Origin: Dimorphilus gyrociliatus
Taxonomy: Eukaryota > Animalia > Annelida
Assembly (NCBI GenBank): GCA_904063045.1
Contig: CAJFCJ010000003.1
Location: forward strand, 2,156,504-2,220,503
DNA length: 64,000 nucleotides
Reading direction: 5' to 3'
Shown here: one piece after another, positions 13,431-23,837 of the stretch
Numbering within the stretch: position 1 is the stretch's first letter
How the letters are laid out: the number at the start of each line of letters is the position of its first letter
Translations under genes and position numbers: made by a program
The notes under the pieces: generated by a model
Told to the model about the DNA's origin: nothing
Seen by the model: only the letters and a program-made list of their open reading frames with translations
Database searches by the model: none

Positions 13431-14858
13431 ATGTCACTGGTAGCTTATGATGGTAGCAGCGATAGCGATTTAAGTGATTCCGAACACACTACAACAGAAA
13501 AAGCTAATAAAACTTTAAGAACTCCTGCCAGTACATCCATCTTAGACGATGAGATCATTGATTCGGATGAAGAGGCTAATAGAGAGTCGACTATTGGCGT
13601 TAACAATGAAATTCAGAATAATATAATGAGCGTCCTCCCTAAACCATCATCTCAAAAGAACTATAATGAACAAGACGAACTTGAGGACATCGTAAAGCCA
13701 AAAACTGCACAAACATCTAATGCACCAAAACCGCCTTCTAAAAAAAGAAAAATAGTTGTAGACTTTTCCGCCCTCAATAAAGTTTGTGTATATTTTATTC
13801 GCAACTATTAAAACTTATATGTTGCTCGTTTTAGGACGATTCAGATGACGAAGATCAACCAAAAGGAAAGATTGAAGTAACGAAAAAAAGCACATTATTG
13901 TCAATGTTGCCATCAGCAAGAGGCTCTGGCTCAGGTCAACAAAAATTGATGGTTCCCCATAAAGTTTCTAATAAAAGTCAAAAACCTACTGCTAAAAATA
14001 TTTCAAAATTGTCAATGAAAAAGACAGCTGATAGTGACAATGAAGACGCAGACGATGGAGAAATTGGATCATCTTTCTTTTCATTTCATGATAAAACTAC
14101 AGAACTTCCCGCTACGACTAAGTTTGAATCGGCTTTTATGGGCCCCAGTTGGGCTCAAACAAAACTGGAGGAGCCTCCACTACGTGAGCCAACACCTGAA
14201 CTTGAAATAGGACCCTCAAAGCCGACACAGAACGAAACTGTAAACTTTGTAAGTTTAAACGAATAACTAGTTTACACAGATTGATAATTACTCGTAAATT
14301 TTCCAGGCTTACCCTGAGGTGGACGATCTAATACACACTGAGGAAGTAAGTTCTATTTTAATAAAGTAGAACAATTAAGATTAATACATCTATATTTTCT
14401 TAACAGATGAAAAAAATACAAGGGAAAAAATCTAGCATAAAGGACGAAATCAATTTCATAAAAGTTGATACTGATGCATTCATTGGAGATGCTAGAGCAA
14501 AGTAAACTATTTATATTTATATATATCATATTTATTTCCAAAACTAACACTGATAAAATCTTCCCTAGTGTCATGAAAAATTTGACGAGTGATGAAGATT
14601 TAGCGTTAATGGACGAAGTTTCAAAGATGAAAGCACCTTCCGGAAATGCAAAAAGAAAGCATCAAATAACATATTTAGCTCATCAGGTAAAATTTTTAGT
14701 ACCCTTTAGTTTTTCACTTGAAATTTAAAAAGATTTTCGTATAACTAAATATATATTTAACATTTTTTTAGGCTAAAGTTCGAGAATTAGAACTTAAAAA
14801 TCAATGGGCAGCAAGCAAGATGAACCGTCAGGCAAGCCGCAATAAATATGGATTTTAA
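13431..14858 (+). CDS. PRCC: Proline-rich protein PRCC-like (spliceosome-associated), multi-exon
   Basis: N-terminus MSLVAYDGSSDSD; C-terminal PSGNAKRKHQITYLAHQAKVRELELKNQWAASKMNRQASRNKYGF assembled across a GT-AG intron. Confidence 0.9.
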
Positions 14859-15046
14859 ATTTACTATTTTCGGGCAATTTGTAAATAATAAACTGGAAAC
14901 ATAGTTACTTACTGATATGATGAACTTTTTTTAATACTTTATAAAAGTATAGAAATAAAAAAAGAGATATTTATTAATAATATTAAATGTTGTTGTATAC
15001 TTGACAGAAAATAAGATATTTTCTTTGATCATCGTATTTCATAACA

Positions 15047-15064
15047 TGCTGCCACCAGATGGCG
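15047..15064 (+). promoter_or_regulatory. CTCF-like motif in the PPIL2 promoter
   Basis: TGCTGCCACCAGATGGCG matches the CTCF core CCASYAGRKGGC, about 70 nt upstream of the ATG. Confidence 0.55.
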
Positions 15065-15134
15065 TTTTTCGTCTAAATAACGATCTCTGCGTACCTTGAA
15101 GTTTTAGCAAATTTTATATTTTTCTCTTTTCAAG

Positions 15135-16858
15135 ATGGGCAAAAAGCAGCATCAAAAGGATAAGCTGTACGTATACTATTAACTTATATTTTAGAGATTT
15201 AACTTATGAAAGCTGTTTTTAAGATATGCCTTCCTTTACCCTATTTTCATACGGTTCATATTTTCGTTTCCTTAGTTATTTGACGGCTACTGAATGGGCA
15301 AATGAGTGGGGAGGAAAGAAAAAGCAGGCCATTTCTACCGAATTTAAAAGACTCCCATACTACTGCTGCAGTTTATCTATGCAACCATTTGAGAACCCAT
15401 ATTGTACAACTGATGGGGTAGTTTATGACCTGCTCAATATCATGCCGTTCCTAAAACAATATGGGATGAATCCTGTTTCTGGAGTTAAAATGACTGCGAA
15501 AGACCTTGTTAAATTAAATTTTCATAAGAATAAAGATGATAAATTTCACTGTCCCGTGACATTCAAAATTTTTAATGAAAACTCCCATATTGTTGCCGTA
15601 AAACCCACCGGAAATGTTTATCTAATGGAAGCTATTGATAAACTCAATATAAAGCCTTCAAATTGGAGGGATTTGCTTTCAGACGAACCTTTCACAAGAA
15701 AAGACGTTATTACCATACAAGATCCCTCTGATCTAACAAAATTTAACTATTCTATGTATTTTCATGTGAAAAAAGGTGAGTTTTTATACTTATTTTATTG
15801 CCTTTTCTTATTATTGAAGTCATTAATCAAATTCAGGAATAAAAGCAGAGGAAAAGAACGATTATAAGTCTAATCCTTTATACAATCTTAAGTCAATCAA
15901 TCCGGAAACAAGGGACTCCCTTAAAGAGCTGGGAGACGCTTATCAAGCTCCCGACTCTACAAAAATGTCAGAAGGAGATAAATTTGGTGATAGAAGTAAA
16001 AAGGCAGATAAAGTTAATGCTGCTTTATACTCAACCGGAAGAGTCGCGGCTTCTCTAACTTCCACCGTAATGGGAGTAGAAACGCAACAAGAGTTTGCAG
16101 TAGTCGATGAAGATATAATTCGGTATCAGAGAATTAAGAAGAAAGCTTACCTACGAATAACTACAAATTTAGGAAACTTAAATATAGAACTTCATTCAGA
16201 TCTTGTTCCTAAAACCTGTGAAAATTTTTTAAAGCATTGTAAATCAGGCTATTATGACAACACTATTTTTCACCGATCAATTAGAAACTTTATGATTCAA
16301 GGCGGTGATCCAACTGGAAAAGGAACTGGTGGTGATTCGATATGGAACAAGCCGTTTCCCGATGAGTTTCATCCCAAACTAAAACATTCTGGCAGAGGAA
16401 TTCTTAGCATGGCCAACTCAGGAGAAAATTCAAACAAATCTCAATTCTTTATAACGTTCAGGTCAGCCACTGGCTTAAACGGGAAACATACTGTTTTTGG
16501 AAGGGTTGTTGGAGGGCTTGATGTTATTGATAAGATGGAAAAGATTGAAACTGATAAAAGAGACAAACCAAAAGAAGAGATAAAATTTTTGAAAGCGGAA
16601 ATATTTGTTGATCCTTACGAAGATGCTGACGATGAAATAAGAAATGAACGAGAAAGTCTAAAGCCTAAGGAAGAAGAAAAGAAAACTGAAAAAAAATCAG
16701 AACCTAAAAGGAAAGTTTACAAATCTGGCGTTGGAAAATACATAAACCCAGCAGTTTTGAAACATAAAGTGGTAGGAGAAGAAGCAGAATCAAGTTCTGC
16801 AGCAAAAAAATCCAAAGTTGTTGGAAAATCTAGTTTTAATAATTTTAATAGTTGGTAA
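15135..16858 (+). CDS. PPIL2: U-box/RING-type E3 ligase and cyclophilin PPIL2 (Cyp60), 3 exons
   Basis: MGKKQHQKDKL|YLT; FKRLPYYCCSLSMQPF; FHCPVTFK; cyclophilin domain FHRSIRNFMIQGGDPTGKGTGG..SMANSG..QFFIT..HTVFGRVVGG. Confidence 0.96.
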
Positions 16859-17022
16859 TTTAATCGTTTCTATGTCAACTTTTGTTAATAAATAATGTTT
16901 TTTTTTTTCAAAAAAAAAAGGATGGATAAAATTATTCCGAGTTTTTAGTGATATAAATTAGTTTTCAAAATTCAAATACATATATATATATTAAATATAT
17001 ATGAAAAATCCCAATTGTTAGT

Positions 17023-17739
17023 ATGATATGGAGTGATATGACAAGTTCATCACCCGCCTTACTTAAAGCAAACGCCGTTGATCAGGGAGAAGCTAAATGG
17101 CCAACGAAAAAAATAGTTGTTGTTGGAGATAAAGGATCGGGCAAAACATCTTTAATCACTCAATTCTCAATGGGGCTATTCTGTCAGAACATAGAATGCG
17201 TCAATTCTTCTGAAAGTGAAACCTCATCCTACGGTATAATTGCCAGAGTTGGAGGTCATTTAGTGAGTGCAACTTTATGGGATACTGATAGTGGAGATCA
17301 AGCTGAATTTTTGAGGGCACAGTGTTATAAAGATGCCGATTGCGTCATACTTGTTTTTAGCGTTGTTTGTCTAAAGGTAACGGCTTGTGATCACAGATTT
17401 ATTGTAAAATAGTTTTCAACTTTTCTAAAGGCTTTGAAAAGAATAGAAGAAGAATGGATGAAAGAGATCCAAGAGTACTGTAAAAGAGATATACCTATAA
17501 TACTTGTTGGAAATAAAATAGATTTAAGAGACTTAGCAATATCAATTAACAGAAAAGGAGTTAAAGGCCCCAGATCGATTTTCCCCAATGATATTCAACG
17601 TTTAAATAAAAGATTTAAACAGTTGACTTATTTGGAATGTTCTGCTCAATATTTTAATAGAGTGAATGAAATATTTGAAACTGCACTATATCATTCATTA
17701 TTTAAGCAGAAAACCACATTTGTTTGTAATTTATTATAA
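17023..17739 (+). CDS. Divergent Rho-family small GTPase, 2 exons (intron 17377-17430)
   Basis: KKIVVVGDKGSGKTS; LWDT; LRAQCYKDAD; PIILVGNKIDLR; YLECSA; C-terminal CAAX box CNLL. Confidence 0.85.
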
Positions 17740-18072
17740 GAAAAAAACAATCAAACTTTCTCATTTCATTTGTATGTTTAAATTATTTACAAATATAGTT
17801 AAAATTTTATTCATCAATAAAAGAAATCAAATTTTTCCATTTTTGATTTCTTAGAATAGTTTTGTTAAGAAAATGATAAAAAAGAAGAAAAATGCACAAA
17901 AAAAAACAAAAATTAAAGATATATTCAGTAAAAAAAGTTGGATTTTGCAGTAATTTGGTGACATTTAGTAAAATAATTTCAACACTTCTTTTTTGTTTAT
18001 ATTAAATATAACTTTAGTTTTAGATTTAGTGAATAAAATTGCTATAATATATATAAATATTCCAAGCTGATT

Positions 18073-19153
18073 CTAATTGAGTACAGTTGATTCATATGTG
18101 GGAATCATGTACTTGATGTTTATGAAAGAATCCTCTCCGCCATGTTGTTCAAATGCTTCTAGTGTTTCTTGAATTAAATCGCCCAAATTTTCTCTCTTTT
18201 GCTGACTGTAGTCAATTTTATCTCCAACATTTACTATATAGAGAAGTGAATTAATTTTCGTACATTCATCAAAATTCGACTTCAAACAAACTTACTATTT
18301 TTACCCTTGAATAAATTAAGTATTGGCAAAAGTTGACGATAATAGGGTACAAGAGCTTCTCCAACCATATCTCCAGATACTATTAAATGTTGTAGGATTT
18401 TAAGAGTTGTACATATAACTTGATGATTTCTCGTATTTAAAGCATCTGCGAAAACGTAATATGTAATTTTAATTTCCAGCAACAATGGACTTAATTTTAA
18501 GGCTAACTTTTAATCGGGATAATTAATTGAGGAATAACAGGTAGAATTTTAGATCCCCCGTGCTCTAGCATATCATGTACTCCTTGTCTTGCAAAAAATT
18601 CATAAGGATGAGTTGTTTCACTCAATCCATCGTAGAAAAGTGGTAAATAGTGATGATAATCCAACTTTTCAATTTCCACTTTCCAAGCAATTTTGTTACC
18701 TTTTGTGTCATGTTCCAATGCTATTGGAAAATCTCCTCTTTCATAAAATTTACGAAAGTTTGTAGGATCAGCCGGTCGTACTTTGAAAGTTCCAGTAGGC
18801 GGCGGAGCTCCAGACTGTGGATATTATAGTTATATGTATAATATATTATCTTATTTACTAATATATTGTGTACTTTTTGAACTAAAAGATATTTACAAGT
18901 TTAACATACTGTGTTTTATCATAGAATTTACAGGCTAAATGGTTATTTTGTGTATTATTATCGCGATAATAATCGAACGTAGCTTTGAAAACAATATCAT
19001 ATAGATTTAAAGGATTTGATAAAACCCACAAATTTTAGGCTTGTGTTAAATTATATAATTATTAAAGAACAGAATACGTACACTGTTTTTTCCAGCCTTC
19101 ACAGTAAAAGCAGTTGTAGAAGAATTTTTGTTATTTTGCATTTTTGTTGTCAT
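18073..19153 (-). CDS. PACRG: Parkin co-regulated gene protein (axonemal inner junction)
   Basis: Exon 1 [16 protein letters not shown]; [40 protein letters not shown]; C-terminus [12 protein letters not shown]. Confidence 0.96.
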
Positions 19154-19210
19154 TTTTATTCGAAGTTTCAATGTTTCACGGACTTCACTTTAAAGACCTG
19201 CTTTGTTTAT

Positions 19211-19224
19211 GTTACTATGGCAAA
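19211..19224. promoter_or_regulatory. RFX X-box upstream of PACRG
   Basis: GTTACTATGGCAAA has one mismatch to the X-box RTHNYYWTRRNRAC and lies 57 nt upstream of a ciliary gene. Confidence 0.65.
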
Positions 19225-19659
19225 TCGAAACATTTTCGTAAAGCTTTTTATAAATGTAGAGATTAACGTTAAATATAATATATATTTTAAATAAATAAAT
19301 AAGTTAATTATTATATATAATCTTCGTAATACTAATTATATATTTAAATTATCGAGATAATGGGCGATAATTGATATTTAAAAATTAGCGCGCTACCTCA
19401 ATCAGTTTGAAAAATGTTCTAACTTTTTAAGTCGTTGGCTGTGCGGGTAAATATCATTTGGTTATCGGCTTCATATATAACTGGTTTATACAACTTTTTT
19501 CAAGTTATTTAATTATTCGTGTAAAATTTATTGAAAAATTATTAAAATTATTAACTGGTAAAAATTACATCATTGCCTAAGTTTTATAATTATACAAGGG
19601 GGAAACTTGAACACAAACCCAACAAGGAAAACCAAGGCAGCTAATTTATTCAACAACAA

Positions 19660-20955
19660 CTAATAATCGGAGAAATAGGATAAATAAAGTGTTCCTATGG
19701 CAGACGTTAAAAACCAAGAACCCATAGTCCACCAGGTGAGATAAGAGAGAATTGCTTTTGATAATTCACCCATTAGCTGAGGTGAAGGAAGAGCAGTTAA
19801 TGATCGAAGACCGATTCCACTGTGCAACAATAACAAAAGGGGAGCAAAATACTGAAGTGCGACTATTGCAAAATATGAGAAAACCCTGGAAACAACTCCT
19901 CTATATTCTGTTGCTGATATCTTGCCACTTTGCTTCCTCAATGAATCAACATGTTCAACTGGTAAATTCAAGTATGCCTGAAACATTGGTAGAGCCAGTA
20001 GAAATCTAAAGACACACGAAGCAATAACCGTATAAGCTTTAATTAACTCTCTATGTTCTTCACATAAATTTAGTTGTCCAGAAGTTATAGGTCTGGCCCA
20101 GGCAAGTAAACCAATACCAGGAATGATCATGTTCAAGTGTAAACCCAACGAGATGATAACACTTGAAGAAGAATATTTTAAGGCTGATTTATACATTCTT
20201 GCCAACCTCAATCCTGGAAAAGTTAAAGCTCCACCAATTAAAGCGCTAAATATGGTCAAAAATATTTGCAAAGTAAGGTAACTTCTTGGGGGAGAAGAAT
20301 CTAGGCCCTTTGTTTTTAAGAATTCAGCAACTTCACCAGAAAAATTTGCATAAGCCTTCTGTAATCCAAACTCCAACACTTTTCCATCGCCTAATAGTAC
20401 GGCCATAGATATGACTAAAGAAAAGAATGCATTCATGACACATGTTATTCTCTCTCCTCCATCGTGAACCTTAAAGTAGATTGCAGTTAATGAAAATAGA
20501 ACTTTATATGAAAAAGCAACTCCTAAACCTATCCAAACAAGGCTTAAATTGAATTCCGAAGCTACTCTGTTACCGAGTAGTTTATAATAAACTTCAATTA
20601 GAAAATATATAACAATAGAGCAAACACAATAATCTAGAATCCATTGAAGATCAGAAGAAAATTTTAAAGACATAATCGATTCATTTCTAACAGGTGCTGA
20701 ATCTAGGCTTATATTGACGTTTCGTGGTATGTTAAAGTCTTCGTTTTCATCCTTCTGATGGTTTTTACGATGACCTTTCGGCTTTGGTTCTCTGCGGATG
20801 TTTGCAGCGCTTTTAAGTTCATCCATTGTTGGTGGAAGATAGGTTATTAGCCTATTTCCAAAAAGAAGGCGACAAAAAGAAAATCTAGTGCTTATCTTTG
20901 ACAGTATAGATGCCATAACTATACTGGCAATTAGTTGTACGCCCAGCAAAGCCAT
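19660..20955 (-). CDS. TMEM161: Transmembrane protein 161, intronless
   Basis: MALLGVQLIASIVMASILSKI; YLPPTMDELK; GGERITC; GALTFPGLRLARM; YLNL..VFSYFAIVALQY; many TM helices. Confidence 0.92.
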   Translation of the reverse strand: MALLGVQLIASIVMASILSKISTRFSFCRLLFGNRLITYLPPTMDELKSAANIRREPKPKGHRKNHQKDENEDFNIPRNVNISLDSAPVRNESIMSLKFSSDLQWILDYCVCSIVIYFLIEVYYKLLGNRVASEFNLSLVWIGLGVAFSYKVLFSLTAIYFKVHDGGERITCVMNAFFSLVISMAVLLGDGKVLEFGLQKAYANFSGEVAEFLKTKGLDSSPPRSYLTLQIFLTIFSALIGGALTFPGLRLARMYKSALKYSSSSVIISLGLHLNMIIPGIGLLAWARPITSGQLNLCEEHRELIKAYTVIASCVFRFLLALPMFQAYLNLPVEHVDSLRKQSGKISATEYRGVVSRVFSYFAIVALQYFAPLLLLLHSGIGLRSLTALPSPQLMGELSKAILSYLTWWTMGSWFLTSAIGTLYLSYFSDY

Positions 20956-22173
20956 TGAGCGATATTATAAAATGTAACCTTTTTACTATTTTCCGAACGT
21001 AACCAACTGACTTAGATGGATGATCAGTGGAAAAATGTTTCTTGATGTCTGTAATAGATATTCGAGTGATAATCTTGAGTGAAATACAGATTAGTTGAGA
21101 AAGTTTCTTTATGGTTAAAAATAGATTTGCCGGCAACAAACACTGTATCACGTTTTTATTATAGCTTTTAGCTTCTGATAGACTGGTATCGAGGTATCCT
21201 GTAACTAAACGCAAGAAAATAGAAAGAGGAACCAAAACCAACAAGTATTCTCTAATGAGTGAATATCAGTTCTAAAATATCAATTTGTCTAATATAGAAA
21301 GTATTAATAAAATAAATTATATTCAATATGTATTTGAGCATTATAAGGGATTAATATTTATGATGAAAAAGTTTGCATCACTTTTTGGTAAAGATAAAAA
21401 TATGGGAAAGAGGGGGCGGCTTTTTTTTTAATATTAAATATTTCTCTATATATCTCGATATTTACATGACTTAAACTAGTAATATAAGTTTTAAAAACGA
21501 AATATATTCTAAAAACTCGTTTTTAAGGTCATGTTTAAGTAAATAAAAGAAAAGAAAAATTGACATTAGTCGTCGCTGGAAAAGTAGCTTCTTTTTATTC
21601 TTCTACTTCTCGCGGAAGAACGTTTAAAGAAAATAAACAGTAGTCTATATATAGATACGGATATATTTAAATAATATTGAAACATCTATATAAGAACTAC
21701 TGTTCTACCAAAATTCCATTACAATCATTTGAAACAATTTATTTTGTGTCAAAAGTAATAATAGTGATAAAACTGCTACAGGTAAAAGTTGATTTAATTT
21801 CTATATATTAAAAAAGGAAATCATTTAAATGATAGAATTAGCTAACTAGAAATAAAATGAAAATGAACAGGAAATCGGAACTTTTAAATAGTACTAAGCT
21901 AATAATGTAAAAAAAGGATTTTTGTATTCAGATCAGTTTTTATGGGTAGGTACGATCCCATTGTAAATATTTAAAAATTTACTTAAAAACTTGGGAGATC
22001 TTTTCACTTTAATTGAGTATTTTTAGAAGTAGTGAACAAAGAGCTTTTATTTTCGTAGTACTAAAAAATAAATTTATCTTAAGAGAAGTTAATAAGAAAA
22101 AAACACTGTCCAGATTAATATTATCTATATCTTTTTCTTGGCAACCTTCATTTTTAAAGAACATTTTTAAAGA

Positions 22174-23560
22174 ATGACTTCCATAATGGTAAATAGTAAC
22201 CCGGAAATAACTCAACAAGCATATGTCCTTCAACCAGTTGGAAAGTATACCACTAGCTATAATCAGGGAACTTTGGCAAGTTTCCCCTTACAGCAAACAA
22301 TCGCCACTGATCTGAGGGCAGAAGCTCTCGGTACTAAAGCTTGGAAAGAAAATGGTGAATATAAAGTTCAAGTACCATTTCAACTTTTTGCCAAGGAAAT
22401 AACTACTCAGGCTCCTAGGCAGCATGTTAAGTGGGAAAGAAATCATTTAAATTCCTCTTTTCATACCACAATGATTGATAATAATTTTAATAATCCGCCC
22501 ATTTATGGCTTAAATACTGTCTATCTTCAAAATACTAATCAAGTTGGAAATAATTATCTTCTTGAAAATGGAATTGAACCAATTATAGAAATGAATATTA
22601 ACCAAAAGCTCAGAGTTGATTATCCTAATAATAATTCAAACTTGAATGAACGAAACGTTCGAACAATGGAAATGATAAATTGGAGCACAAACATACACGA
22701 GAGTATGAATAAGCTAAAAAAGATTGAACTATCTAACAAATTACCTGATAAAAAGTCTACAAAAATTAACATCAAACGAAAATCTAGTATCACTAGTGAT
22801 CATTCCGAATATGACCTGACCGATTATTGGAAATCTTCTCTCCCTAAAACAACTCCTGTTAATCCTTCGGAAGAGGAGAGAAAGCATATTACGATGCTTA
22901 TGGAAGGAGCTCCCTTAGACAGTATACGTCAAACAATAAACGTAGAAAGAGAGGAAGAAGATATAGTTGGTGATGAAAAAAATCGTCCCGTGCCTCTGTT
23001 AAACTTCGATACGGTATCGGAAAAAGTCGACTTGTGCTTACAAAAAGGAACGGCTAAACTCCAGGTTATCAGTAATTTCATTTTAACTTATATGGTTTTT
23101 AAAAAAATGACTTTTTTCGTAACAGGTGAAGGTACGGTGTGAGAGGGTGGTTCCAATAGATGGAAAAAACAATCTCTATAAAAAGTCTTCCATTATCGTA
23201 ACTCGAGAGATAGACATTGATCTAGAAGTTACAGGACGTCGCAGAAACCTACTCGAGAGAATAAAACGAGCGTCTCATACTGATAAGGTCGGACGAGTTA
23301 AATTATCAACAACTGATACATTTAAACTCTATCGCATCTTCATGGGTATGGCTGAAGCTGGAGAAGAATTGAAAAATCAGAAAATAGCTGTAGAAGAAGA
23401 GGTAGATGAGAGAACTAAAAAGCCCAAAGGTTTAGACCACGACATAGACTTAGAATCTGTTTACAGTGAAGATTATGGAAGATATCATAGAAATGACGAC
23501 ACTTTGAGTTTTCAATCTGCCATTAGTTCTTCCAAATATAAAAAAGACATTTTATATTAG
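22174..23560 (+). CDS. Uncharacterised protein, at least 2 exons
   Basis: A 322-aa and a 144-aa ORF join in phase 0 through CAG|GTTATC...AACAG|GTG (intron about 23063-23125). No family recognised. Confidence 0.6.
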
Positions 23561-23837
23561 CAAAAAGTAAATTATAACAAAATATAAATTATTTTCCTAT
23601 CAATGATATTATAGATTTCTTTGCGTTAACAGTAGCTATAATCTGGAAACTGTGTCACTTCACACATTATTCTCATTAGACGGTTTTATTCTCAATACAA
23701 ATTTGAATACATTTTGAAAAAATCATAATTTGAAATCATAAAACAAAGAATCGAAATACAAACATTTCTTTATTTTAGTAGTAAATCAATTTCCTCAATT
23801 TAGAATACTCAAAAACAAAGACATAAACTTTGAAAAC

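Noticed and set aside
19016-19294. 92-aa + strand ORF
   Set aside because: It is antisense to PACRG exon 1 and its promoter, with no coding features.
20885-21244. 119-aa ORF overlapping the TMEM161 start in another frame
   Set aside because: No recognisable motif; most likely 5'UTR or intron sequence.
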